Below, one piece after another: positions 48,774-58,469 of a stretch of DNA of 64,000 bases. The notes under the pieces are model-generated. The model was given only the letters and a program-made list of their open reading frames with translations, made no database searches and was not told where the DNA came from. The DNA is from Fibrobacteria bacterium. Lineage in GTDB: Bacteria; Fibrobacterota; Fibrobacteria; UBA11236. Every line of letters starts with the position of its first letter. The first letter of the stretch is position 1. Made by a program: the position numbers and the translations under genes. The stretch covers positions 64,001-128,000 of the forward strand of contig JBGTHM010000005.1 of assembly GCA_041746255.1 (NCBI GenBank). Reading direction: 5' to 3'.

Positions 48774-49182
48774 GAAGCGGGTCTATAAGCCGGGTTTTGT
48801 CTCGGAAAATCCGCTTGCGCGGAATCTTCCGGTATGGCCATCCCTCTAGGACGACGGTTGCCCGCCGCCTCATGCAACCTACCCGGTGACGCGGAACGGA
48901 CCATTCCGAAGCCTTCTTACGAAGACCGTGTCACCCTATTTGGTCTTGCACCGGATGGGGTTTACCCTGCCATCCCTGTCGCCAGAGACGCGGTGAGCTC
49001 TTACCTCGCCATTTCACCCTTACCGGAAAACGCTCACGCGTGTACCGGCGGTATCATTTCTGTGGCACTTTCCATCCCGTTTCCGGGTCTGGCCGTTAGC
49101 CAGCATCCTGTCCTGTGGTGCCCGGACTTTCCTCTCCTTCGCGGAAATGCATCCTTGAAAGAGCGGCCATCCAACCCGCTTC
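48774..49182 (-). ncRNA. rnpB: RNase P RNA (type A)
   Basis: Minus strand: GAGGAAAGTCCGGGC, GAAAGTGCCACAGAAA, AGGGTGAAA..GGTAAGAGC, ACAAAACCCGGCTTA; P1 ends GAAGCGGGTT / GACCCGCTTC. Confidence 0.97.
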
Positions 49183-49225
49183 CTCGTCCACCCCGATTCG
49201 CCTGGGAATGTGATTTTACAATGTA

Positions 49226-49738
49226 CTATAGCGCCGACGCCTCGGTCTCGACTTCGGCCAGGGCTTTTTTAATCTGGCGATATCCCCCATGTCTTTCCAG
49301 CGCTTCGCGAAGCTTTTGGTGGCGCGCCTTTTCGCCCTGGATACAACGTTTCCCCAGACTTCCCGCTTCGAAACGGGAGTTAAACCCCGCTTCCAGGGTA
49401 TATTTGGCTTCCAGTAAGCTCCGGACCTTATCGTTTTCAGGGGTTTCGCCCGCCAACTTGGCCTGGGTGAGGGCTTCGTTCAGACGTAAATATTCCCCGT
49501 CTTCCGCCCTGAGGACGCGCAACAACGAGTCTTTGCCGCGTCCGCAGGTGCGGATGTCGGCTTTCTCCTCCACCGTATAGAGGGACCGCTCCACCTCACG
49601 GCTGATGGAGTCGAGCTGTCGATACAATTCTCTGGGGTCCCGGCTATTTGGATGAGGCTGTGCGGAAACGGAGGAGAACAGTCCCATCCCGAACACCACC
49701 GCCCAACCGAAAAAATTCCACTTCAGCATTTTTTTCAT
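49226..49738 (-). CDS. Hypothetical secreted helical protein
   Basis: Signal peptide ending VSA-Q; charged helical body; two Cys. Confidence 0.6.
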   Translation of the reverse strand: MKKMLKWNFFGWAVVFGMGLFSSVSAQPHPNSRDPRELYRQLDSISREVERSLYTVEEKADIRTCGRGKDSLLRVLRAEDGEYLRLNEALTQAKLAGETPENDKVRSLLEAKYTLEAGFNSRFEAGSLGKRCIQGEKARHQKLREALERHGGYRQIKKALAEVETEASAL

Positions 49739-49875
49739 CGTCACAACATACCCCCCACCTGAATTCGGAAAGCAGCGACAAGGTTATTGACGAGGCTATT
49801 TTTTCCAGTTGCCCGGAAAATACCAATCTCCTCTCCGGTTCACAATATTGCTTTGCATTTTCGCGTTTTGGTATC

Positions 49876-50031
49876 ATGAATACTCATGATCATCACTTTT
49901 CCTCGAGAATGAAGGTAGCCGTCGTGACCGGGGCTACCGGGCTTATGGGCCCCGAATTCTACCGATATATTCCCGAAAAACTGCGAGACACCCAGGATTC
50001 CGATCGCGATTGCGGGAGAAAGCGCAGCTAG
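49876..50031 (+). pseudogene. Truncated SDR/NAD-dependent epimerase N-terminus
   Basis: MNTHDHHFSSRMKVAVVTGATGLMG then about 26 unrelated residues and a stop; Rossmann TGxxGxxG only. Confidence 0.5.
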
Positions 50032-51713
50032 TGGGATCCGCCTCGGTTTGGTGGAAGGTTCTGCTCGCAGCGGCATTCGCAGCGGCTGTAGCCCTTCGTC
50101 TCTATGGATTGGGTGAACGGGGAATCTTCTATCATGACGAAGGCATGTACGTCGCCCTGGCGAAATACCACTCCGGACTGTTGCAGACCTTTTTAACGGA
50201 TCTATTCCAGGCCCGGTTATCCAGCCAATCGCTGCTGGAGAAGGCGGATGCCCTGTGGTTGGAAGGTGGAACCCCCTGGATGCGGGCCCATGCCCTGCAT
50301 GAATATTCACTAATAGCCCTGTTTACCGTATTTTCTCCCACCGAAACCCTTAATCACATTCTCATTACCGCGTGCAGCCTGCTTACCTTTCCCATTTTGT
50401 TGGGATTTACGTGGTCGCGAAAGCAAGGCGAAACCCCATCCGCAGGCAGGTGGGTCGGAGTGATAGCGGCTTTACTACTGGCATTTTCCGTATGGGACCT
50501 CCACTCCTCCCGATCCGGATTGAGCCAATCCATGAGTTTGCTGGTCACCTGTTTAACCCTGCGACTGGCTTGGGAAATACCCGCGGAGAAAATCATGACG
50601 GTGCGGAGATTGGTGGGAATAGGCGTTCTGACCGGCCTGGCATTCACCACGCATTACAACCTGTTTTGGCTACCGTTGCTCATGGCATTCTGGGTGGGTT
50701 GGTGTGATTGGAAGCGGAAAGCGCAGTTGAGGGAATGGATTCGGAATTCAGCCTGGCTGGGGGCGGGAATGCTGTTCCCGCTGCTGGTTTTCGAAGCTCC
50801 GCATCGCCTCCTGCGTGGGTGGTTTACCGGCCGGCCTTTCGCACCATATTACGAGCTTCCTTTATTTCGGCAAATCCCAAGTTATATCGAGCAGGTTTTC
50901 CATCAGGTTTTCTATTGGGAAAAGGTGGGTCCGCAACCTCCGCTCAATCCACTATTTCTGCCTTCGGCCCTGTGGGAATTGGAGGGGCCTTTTTTTTCAT
51001 CCCTGTTGCTGCTTGGAGTGATGGGGTTGGTTTTGCGGATGCGAAGCCGCGATCCGAGGGCGTGGTTGCTCCTGGCATGGGCCACCCTCCCCTATGCTAT
51101 CTGGACCGCATTCGGGTATGCGGGGCTGCGTAGTTTTTTTCCCATGCTCCTTCCGCTTTGCATCGGTTGCGCTTCGTTACTGGTAGAATTAGGAGCAGGG
51201 ATGAAAAAGCGGATGGATGGCGCGCTTTGGCATGGCGGGGTTTTGTCGCTGTTCGTTTTGCTTGTGGCCATTCAGGCGCCTCGGCTTTGGCCTCTCGCGC
51301 AAACCGTATCCCCCTGGAAACAAATGGCCGAAGCGGTATTAAGGTATGAACAAAAACACGGCCCCGTTCGCATTGCGGATGCGGAACTCAGCGATCGGAA
51401 CCGCATCATCTACAGGTACTATCTCGGCGCCAGAATAGACCGAACCGTCCCTCGTTCCCGTTTTCTACTGGTCGACCCCTCCAGCCAAGACCAGCGTTGG
51501 AATAAAAACCCCCGCGTCTATAACGCGCTCGAAAATAGCGTACCGGTCATTAGGATGGATCTTCCCATCCAGAAAATCCTCCTGAGCCATCAAACCGGAG
51601 ATCCCTGGTTTGAACAGGAATATTTCTCCGGCAGATTCGGCCATGCATTCGCCCTCTATGACCTGGGCCATGGCGAAGAGACTCAAGAGCACGGGGAGGT
51701 TTTGCAACCATGA
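50031..51713 (+). CDS. GT-C (ArnT/PMT-like) membrane glycosyltransferase
   Basis: ALRLYGL....HDE loop after TM1; HSSR; GLAFTTHY; many TMs; soluble C-terminus. Confidence 0.75.
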   Translation: MGSASVWWKVLLAAAFAAAVALRLYGLGERGIFYHDEGMYVALAKYHSGLLQTFLTDLFQARLSSQSLLEKADALWLEGGTPWMRAHALHEYSLIALFTVFSPTETLNHILITACSLLTFPILLGFTWSRKQGETPSAGRWVGVIAALLLAFSVWDLHSSRSGLSQSMSLLVTCLTLRLAWEIPAEKIMTVRRLVGIGVLTGLAFTTHYNLFWLPLLMAFWVGWCDWKRKAQLREWIRNSAWLGAGMLFPLLVFEAPHRLLRGWFTGRPFAPYYELPLFRQIPSYIEQVFHQVFYWEKVGPQPPLNPLFLPSALWELEGPFFSSLLLLGVMGLVLRMRSRDPRAWLLLAWATLPYAIWTAFGYAGLRSFFPMLLPLCIGCASLLVELGAGMKKRMDGALWHGGVLSLFVLLVAIQAPRLWPLAQTVSPWKQMAEAVLRYEQKHGPVRIADAELSDRNRIIYRYYLGARIDRTVPRSRFLLVDPSSQDQRWNKNPRVYNALENSVPVIRMDLPIQKILLSHQTGDPWFEQEYFSGRFGHAFALYDLGHGEETQEHGEVLQP

Positions 51714-53179
51714 ATAAAGCGGCGATTGCAGCCTATTTCCATAATATCGCTCCGGATTGGGAATATTGGCAAGCCCGGAACCGCTACTACCATTCCACTC
51801 TAAATGAGAGCATTCAAGACATGGTTCCAACGGGAATGGACGTACTGGAGTTGGGATGCGGAACAGGCGATCTCTTGTCCATGTTGAAACCGCGACGGGG
51901 TATCGGCATCAATTTCGGTCAGGCACTCACCGATTTGGCCGCCACGAAATATCCCGGTTTGGAATTCCGCAATGCCAAAGTCGACCGGTTGCCCGATCTC
52001 GAGGGATTCAAGCCCGATGTGATTGTCATGAACAACATGCTCGATTATGTCTATGACATCTGGGAATTACTGGATCAATTGCATCCGCTATTTACACCCG
52101 GAACCCTCCTTATCATGACCACCAATAACCCCTTGTGGGCGCCGATTTTGCGCTTGGCCAGCCGGTTCCGTTTACGTTTCCCCGAATCGCCGCGCAATTT
52201 TATCACCAACCGGGACATTCAGGGAGTCGTGGAAGCCAAGGGATTCGCCGTAGTGGAACAGTCCATCAAACTGCCCGTTCCCATATACATCCCCCTGGCT
52301 TCCGCTTTAATCAATACCGTCATTCCCGAAATTCCGGTTATCCGCTTGCTGGGATCCGTACAATTCCTCACGGCCCGTCTGCTAACCACCCGAAAGCAAC
52401 TGAGCCTCTCCGTAGTGATTCCCTGTCATAACGAGGAAGATAATATCGTGGAATGCATTGAGCGGATTCCCATGCTGGGTGTGAACCTGGAGATTTTGAT
52501 CGTGGACGACGGTTCCCGGGACGCTACCCGGCAACGCGTGCAGACCTTGATGTCGCATAGGCCGAACTTGAGGCTGATACCCTGTGATCGCAACCAAGGA
52601 AAGGCCGCCGCGGTACGCGAAGGATTTCTTACCGCCCGCAACGAGGTGATTATCATTCTGGATGCCGACATGGCGGTGCCTCCCGAGGAGTTGCCGAAAT
52701 TTTTCGAGCCCCTGCAGGACGGACGCTGCGATTTCGTGAACGGAATCCGGTTCGTCTACCCCATGGAAGGCAAAGCCATGAAAACCCTGAACTTCGTCGG
52801 TAACAAGATTTTCTGTTTCTTGATGAGCTGGATTTTACGCCAACGGATCAGCGACACCCTATGCGGCACCAAAGCATTATTGCGCAAGGATTATCTGCGC
52901 ATGCATTGGCGCGAGGATGATAAGTGGGGCGATTTCGGATTGCTGTTTGAAGCCGCTCGCCGGAAACTGCGTATATTGGAAATCCCCGTGCATTATCATG
53001 AACGCAAAGCGGGCAATTCCAAAATGCGGGCATTTCGCGAAGGTGTGGTGTTTCTGCGCGCTTGCGCGCGCGGATGGATAAGGTTGAGATTTCCTTCCCG
53101 CAATACTTCCGAAAAGGCGGCGGAGCGAAATTCGCTTTGGCGGGAATTGCATCCCCTGCGAGCCGAGTCGGCAGCATGA
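51710..53179 (+). CDS. SAM methyltransferase-GT2 glycosyltransferase fusion
   Basis: VLELGCGTG; SVVIPCHNEE, VDDGSRD, NQGKA, LDADM, DTLCGTK (DPM-synthase-like). Confidence 0.85.
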   Translation: MNKAAIAAYFHNIAPDWEYWQARNRYYHSTLNESIQDMVPTGMDVLELGCGTGDLLSMLKPRRGIGINFGQALTDLAATKYPGLEFRNAKVDRLPDLEGFKPDVIVMNNMLDYVYDIWELLDQLHPLFTPGTLLIMTTNNPLWAPILRLASRFRLRFPESPRNFITNRDIQGVVEAKGFAVVEQSIKLPVPIYIPLASALINTVIPEIPVIRLLGSVQFLTARLLTTRKQLSLSVVIPCHNEEDNIVECIERIPMLGVNLEILIVDDGSRDATRQRVQTLMSHRPNLRLIPCDRNQGKAAAVREGFLTARNEVIIILDADMAVPPEELPKFFEPLQDGRCDFVNGIRFVYPMEGKAMKTLNFVGNKIFCFLMSWILRQRISDTLCGTKALLRKDYLRMHWREDDKWGDFGLLFEAARRKLRILEIPVHYHERKAGNSKMRAFREGVVFLRACARGWIRLRFPSRNTSEKAAERNSLWRELHPLRAESAA

Positions 53180-53928
53180 AAAAAGGCCCCGCAACGGAGT
53201 CTTCGCGAATTTATTTGACCCGGCATCGGGAGGCTTGGGAACGAAAGCCCTTCCTGAGACAGGTCTATCGCAACCAATTTCATTCGCGCTTGCTGACGGC
53301 TTGTACCGGGGAGGGAGCCCTGCTGGAATTGGCGTCAGGTCCCGGCTTTCTCAAAGACAGCCATCCTTCCCTTATCGCCACGGACATTACGCTATCGGAT
53401 AAAATTGATGTCGCCGCCGACGCCTGCAGACTGCCTTTTAAAAATGCCTGCGTTGCGAATGTCGTAGGCATAGACGCCCTGCACCATTTTCCCCGCCCTA
53501 GCGATTGTTTATCCGAAGCGGAGCGGGTGTTGAAACCTGGGGGACGATTGGTTCTTATCGAACCGTGGATTACCCCCTTCTCCTATTTACTCTACCGTTT
53601 TTTCCACCAGGAAGACTGCCGGTTCGACACGGACCTATATCAACCCTGGCAAGGCCGTAAAAGCGCCATGGACGGTAACCAAGCCATTCCTTTCCGTTTT
53701 TTCGGAGGTGGTAAACCGGCATTTGCCGAAATCAATAGCGGGCTGCGGATTAAAAAAATCGAACCGTTCGCTTTTTGGTGCTATCTGGGAAGCATGGGTT
53801 TCAAGTCCGCCAATTTTATTCCAGGTCGGTTTTTTCCATGGATGTCCCGATGGGAGGAGGCGACGCGACCTCTCTGGCGGAAGGGCTTCGCCCTGAAAGC
53901 GCTCATCGTTCTGGAAAAAAAGACCTAG
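53176..53928 (+). CDS. Class I SAM-dependent methyltransferase
   Basis: LELASGPG, ADACRLPF, LHH, RVLKPGGRLVLIEP; ATGA overlap. Confidence 0.85.
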   Translation: MKKGPATESSRIYLTRHREAWERKPFLRQVYRNQFHSRLLTACTGEGALLELASGPGFLKDSHPSLIATDITLSDKIDVAADACRLPFKNACVANVVGIDALHHFPRPSDCLSEAERVLKPGGRLVLIEPWITPFSYLLYRFFHQEDCRFDTDLYQPWQGRKSAMDGNQAIPFRFFGGGKPAFAEINSGLRIKKIEPFAFWCYLGSMGFKSANFIPGRFFPWMSRWEEATRPLWRKGFALKALIVLEKKT

Positions 53929-54602
53929 CGAATTGAAAACCGGCTTCTTCCCAGCCGTAAAAACAACCCGGACAACAACAGTAAACCGGTTAGGAATCCC
54001 AGGAAAATACCCCACCCCGATAATAACCAAGGTGAGCCAAGCATCACGGTAAAAAAGGCGACTACCATGACGAGGCTGGAAACCTGCGCCGCGCCGCGTA
54101 CGCTATCGGAACCCAGCGAAATGAAGGCGCCCAGCGACCCCAGGAACAAGGCCATGGCCGGCATCATCAGGGCGGTTTTACCAACCAGGGCGGGAGTAAA
54201 GGCTTCCGCATTACCCGTCGCCAACAGCATAACCACAAAAGCCGTCTGCCCCAGCCAACCCAGAAGCACGGGAATGGGAACCAGACCTAAAATCTTTCCC
54301 CAGAACAAAGCGTCCAAACTCACGGGAAGCGCAAACAAGACTTCGAAAGTTCGGCGTTCCCTTTCTCCGGCAAAAGCATCGGCACTCAAGGGAATCGTTA
54401 GGCTGGGCATGAGTAAAGTGAAAAGCACCAAAAAAGTGCGCGTGATTTGCCGCAGTTCTTCTGCGGAGACGGCCCACGCCAACGACAAGCCACCATGTAT
54501 TCCCAGCAGCAGCAGGGGTGTCAAAAGGAATGGCGCCAGAAACCGAGGCTCCTTGCGGATGAGGCGCCACTCATGACGGGCTATGGTGAGAATGGGATTC
54601 AC
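53925..54602 (-). CDS. ABC-2-type transporter permease
   Basis: IARHEW, FAGERERRTFEVLFALP, GK; about 6 TMs; GTGA overlap with the ATPase gene. Confidence 0.85.
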   Translation of the reverse strand: MNPILTIARHEWRLIRKEPRFLAPFLLTPLLLLGIHGGLSLAWAVSAEELRQITRTFLVLFTLLMPSLTIPLSADAFAGERERRTFEVLFALPVSLDALFWGKILGLVPIPVLLGWLGQTAFVVMLLATGNAEAFTPALVGKTALMMPAMALFLGSLGAFISLGSDSVRGAAQVSSLVMVVAFFTVMLGSPWLLSGWGIFLGFLTGLLLLSGLFLRLGRSRFSIR

Positions 54603-55582
54603 GTTTCCGATACTCCCTCGCCGAAGAAATGGGAGTAGATGTCGGCCAAGTCGGGTCGGCATAATTCGATACGGCATACCGGCTCTCCCGCTTCAGACAG
54701 CCGACTAAGAGCCAGAGGCAGTTTTTCTTCCAATGCCGGTCCCGTCGCCCGGAAACGGTCGACAGCCAGGGGATTTACAGGAGCGCGGCGCTCCAATGAC
54801 ATGCCCAGAGGTTCCAGCAAAGATTGAATTGCAGAAAGCTCGGCCCTTTGTAAAAATTCGATTTCCAAATAGGGCGGCCGGCCCGTTTCCCGGAAGGTTT
54901 GCTGCCTGTCTCCCGTGAAAAGCAATTTACCGGCACGTAAAAAACCGAAGTGCGTGGCCAAACCTTCCACCTGTTCCAAACGGTGAGAAGTTAGCAGCAG
55001 AGACGCTCCCGTATCCTGCAGGTAACCTCCGAGGTAGGTCAGAACCTCCTTTTGCGCCAAAGGATCGAGATGCTCGGTGGGCTCGTCCCATAATAGCAGT
55101 TTGGGCCGATGGAGTAGGCTGCGTATGAGCTGAAGTTTCTGGCGCTGACCCTGCGACATTTTTCCCATGGGCTTTTGGTCTCCTCCAGAAAACCGCATGG
55201 CCAGGCAAAGCGCTCGCGCCCTTTCCTTCAAATCGGGAATGCCGTAAAAACTGCCGAAATATTCCAAATACTCGGGGGCGGTAAGCTTGCCGTACACACC
55301 GGCATTCTCGGGTACCACTCCGATATCGCGTAAATGCTCGCGATTTTTCCGTCCGATTCCGTTCACGTCCTCACCGAAAGCCCGCACGCTTCCCAGTCTG
55401 GGTTTGATTTGTCCCGTGATGCAGCGCATGAGCGTGCTTTTACCCGCGCCATTAGGTCCCAGCAGGGCCAAAACGGACCCGGGCGCCAGCGATAGTGAGA
55501 GACTCGCAAGAGCCGACGTGGATTTATTCCCCTTGCCATAACTGACGGAAAGGTTTTCTACCGCTAAAACGTCCATTTCCAT
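54599..55582 (-). CDS. ABC transporter ATP-binding protein
   Basis: GPNGAGKS, MSQGQ signature, LLLWDEPT, SH. Confidence 0.9.
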   Translation of the reverse strand: MEMDVLAVENLSVSYGKGNKSTSALASLSLSLAPGSVLALLGPNGAGKSTLMRCITGQIKPRLGSVRAFGEDVNGIGRKNREHLRDIGVVPENAGVYGKLTAPEYLEYFGSFYGIPDLKERARALCLAMRFSGGDQKPMGKMSQGQRQKLQLIRSLLHRPKLLLWDEPTEHLDPLAQKEVLTYLGGYLQDTGASLLLTSHRLEQVEGLATHFGFLRAGKLLFTGDRQQTFRETGRPPYLEIEFLQRAELSAIQSLLEPLGMSLERRAPVNPLAVDRFRATGPALEEKLPLALSRLSEAGEPVCRIELCRPDLADIYSHFFGEGVSET

Positions 55583-55606
55583 TATTTACGATGCCGGAGG
55601 GAGCCA

Positions 55607-57028
55607 CTATCCCGAAATGTACATGGACTCTACCAGTATGTCCGGAACCTTGACCGAGGTAAAGGCTTCGGAATATTGATGTGAGAATCCCCGAATTGCC
55701 AGCAACAGGTCGAAGTAATTGGAATTGAGAGTGACTTTGTCGATGGGACGAATCCGCCTACCCTGCTCGTAGAAAAAACCCTGCGCTCCGATGGAGATTT
55801 CGCCGGAAACCGCCGAGCAACCGGAACCGCCTTCAAGCTTGGTAACCAGGAAGCAACTGGGATAACTCCCAAGCAACTCATCCAACGTTTGGCTTCCCAG
55901 CGGTACGATGAAGTTGGCGAAGCCCGTGCCCGCTTTACCGGAATAACCCCGTGAGCCATTACCTGTGGGAGCATGTCCCGCTTTTTTGGCCGACTCCAGA
56001 TTATAGAGATAGGTTTTCAATACCCCGTCCTTAACGACTTCCAAGGGGGAGGTAACCACGCCTTCTCCATCGAAGAGGTGCGATCCCGGCGCTCCGGGAA
56101 TATGGGGATCGCTTATCAGGTGGAATTCCGGGACGGCGATAGCCTGTCCCACCTTGCCCGCAAGCCGCGACTGTCCTTTTTGTACCACTTCCGCGAAATA
56201 GGGAGATGAGAACATGGAAAGGATTTGCGGACTGATGCGGTTGGAAAAAACCACGGGATACCGTTCGGTTTCCAGGGGCTCCGCTCCCAAAAGCTCCACC
56301 GCCCGCTCCACGGCCTTGGCCGCCATATAACCGGGGTCGAATACCGAGAAGGATCGGCCTCCGGTGGAATAGCTTCCCATTTTCTTGCTTTCGCCTTCTT
56401 TGGCGACGACGCCGATACCTCCGGATACCACGTTGGACCGCGAACGGTAAAAAACTCCGTTGGAATTACGCACCATCGACATGCCCGACGATCGGCTTAC
56501 GCCTAGATAGGGTATGTTTTCGATACGCGAATCGCCTTGTTTTGCCAGAGCCTCCAGTTCCAAACCCAAGGCCTTCATTTGATCCAAGGTCACCGATTCC
56601 AAATCGGGATTGAAGGATTGGAGATCGATTTCCGGGAGTGGGCACGGAACCGGTAAATCGAGATCGAGAGGATCGGTCAAACGCGCATGGCTGATTGCGT
56701 CGCGAACCGTCTGCTCAATGGCCTCGCGCGACATTTTTTCGGTAAACGCGAAGCCGGGACGCCCACCCTTGAAAAGCCGTATGCCGATACCCCGTGAGTT
56801 GGAGATTTCCGTGGTTTTTACCTTGGATTCGAAAAGCTCCAAGCCCATGGCTTCGGATTCGCCGGCCACTGCGTCGTATTTATCGGCGCCTTGGCGTGCA
56901 GCCTCTTCGCAAATGAATTCGAGTGCTTGTTCGGGAGTGAATCCCTTTTGCCTCGAATCACCATTACTTGCATCGCCTTTAGCTTTCGCGGCCGCTTCGC
57001 CACCCGCGGTATTTCCCCTGGCGCTCAT
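55607..57028 (-). CDS. pmbA: PmbA/TldE-family protein
   Basis: GIGIR, FDGEG, V.DGVLKTYL, TGN; lacks HExxxH; paired with tldD. Confidence 0.85.
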   Translation of the reverse strand: MSARGNTAGGEAAAKAKGDASNGDSRQKGFTPEQALEFICEEAARQGADKYDAVAGESEAMGLELFESKVKTTEISNSRGIGIRLFKGGRPGFAFTEKMSREAIEQTVRDAISHARLTDPLDLDLPVPCPLPEIDLQSFNPDLESVTLDQMKALGLELEALAKQGDSRIENIPYLGVSRSSGMSMVRNSNGVFYRSRSNVVSGGIGVVAKEGESKKMGSYSTGGRSFSVFDPGYMAAKAVERAVELLGAEPLETERYPVVFSNRISPQILSMFSSPYFAEVVQKGQSRLAGKVGQAIAVPEFHLISDPHIPGAPGSHLFDGEGVVTSPLEVVKDGVLKTYLYNLESAKKAGHAPTGNGSRGYSGKAGTGFANFIVPLGSQTLDELLGSYPSCFLVTKLEGGSGCSAVSGEISIGAQGFFYEQGRRIRPIDKVTLNSNYFDLLLAIRGFSHQYSEAFTSVKVPDILVESMYISG

Positions 57029-58410
57029 CTTCCCCCCACCAGAATGCTATCCACCTTGATGGTGGGTTGCCCCACCGTAACCGGGACGGAACCCGATGAG
57101 GCGCCGCACATGCCTGCGGCCAGTTCCAAATCGTCGCCCACCATCGAGATGAGGGGAAGAATGTCCGCTCCCTTGCCTATCAGCGTGGCCCCGCGCACCG
57201 GATCGGAAATCTTACCGTTTTTGATAAGATAAGCCTCCTCCACGGAAAAGTTGAACTCCCCCGTGGCGGGATTCACCGAACCCCCACCCATTTTTTTGGC
57301 GTAGAGACCGTCGGTTACGCTCGCCAGCATTTGCGCCACCGTATGCTCGCCTTTGTCGATATAGGTGTTGCGCATGCGCGATACGGGCGCGTATTGGTAG
57401 GACTCGCGGCGCGCGCTGCCGGTTAATCCCATTCCGGTATCCTTCGCTCCTACCCTATCGGACAGGTAACTTTGCAATTTCCCGTTTTTAATGAGCACGG
57501 TACGTTGCGCCGGGTTGCCTTCGTCGTCCACGTTGATGGACCCCCACGAATTGGCGATGGTGCCGTCGTCGACGGCCGTCACCGCGCTATGGGCTATCAT
57601 TTCATTCATTTTGCCTACGAAGGGAGAGGCCTTGCGGCGAATGGCCTCGGTTTCCAACAAATGGCCGCAGGCCTCGTGAAAAATAACTCCGCCGAAACCG
57701 TTGCCCATGATGACCGGCATCTTTCCGCCCTTGACATAGCCCGCGGCCAGCATGAGTATGGCCCGCTCCGCTGCGCTGCGGGCATAGCCCGCAACATCGA
57801 GGGTGTCGAAGAATTCGAAGCCGCGCATCGCTCCCGGCGCTTCGGTGGCCACGAAAATCTCCCCCTTGTCCTCGGCCGACACGCTCACGGAAAAACGGCA
57901 GCGCGTGCGCGCATCCTCAGTCCAAAGCCCATCGCTGTTGCAAATGAGAATGGTGCTGGTCACGTCGGCCGCGCGCGCGGATACTTGTACGATTTTCGGG
58001 GAAAATGCCCGCGCGGTTTCGTCGGCGGTTTTCACCAAAGCCAGCTTGTCGTCCTGCCCCAGCTTGCGCGGATCGCGGGAGATGATGTGGTTGTTTGCAA
58101 AAACCTTGCCTACCAGTTTGGTGGTCGGCTCGGACGAATCGGATACGAGAATGCCCCGGCTGCGCGCCAGATTATCGATGAGCCGGATGATATGGCTCTC
58201 GTCCTCATTGCTGGTATGGGCGTATAGGACTTCCGTTCCATAAACAAGGCGGATACCCAGGCCATAATCGGTGCCGGCGGTAACCGATTCCACCCGCCTA
58301 TCACGATAGGAGAGGGAAGCGTGACGGGTTTCCTCCTCATAGATTTCCACGAAATCCGCATTTCTGTCCAATCCCGCCTGGAGAATCCTCCCCGCTTTCA
58401 GCTTATCCAT
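57025..58410 (-). CDS. tldD: TldD metalloprotease
   Basis: HEACGH, DDEG, RMRNTY, GMCGA...VPVTVGQP. Confidence 0.92.
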   Translation of the reverse strand: MDKLKAGRILQAGLDRNADFVEIYEEETRHASLSYRDRRVESVTAGTDYGLGIRLVYGTEVLYAHTSNEDESHIIRLIDNLARSRGILVSDSSEPTTKLVGKVFANNHIISRDPRKLGQDDKLALVKTADETARAFSPKIVQVSARAADVTSTILICNSDGLWTEDARTRCRFSVSVSAEDKGEIFVATEAPGAMRGFEFFDTLDVAGYARSAAERAILMLAAGYVKGGKMPVIMGNGFGGVIFHEACGHLLETEAIRRKASPFVGKMNEMIAHSAVTAVDDGTIANSWGSINVDDEGNPAQRTVLIKNGKLQSYLSDRVGAKDTGMGLTGSARRESYQYAPVSRMRNTYIDKGEHTVAQMLASVTDGLYAKKMGGGSVNPATGEFNFSVEEAYLIKNGKISDPVRGATLIGKGADILPLISMVGDDLELAAGMCGASSGSVPVTVGQPTIKVDSILVGGR

Positions 58411-58469
58411 ATCGGCAATCCCTTATAATGCGCCCGGTTAAGGCCCCTTTAATGGGTAGTATAACAATA

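Noticed and set aside
48834..49580. 248-aa plus-strand ORF
   Set aside because: Antisense to rnpB and to 49226..49738; a common spurious call.
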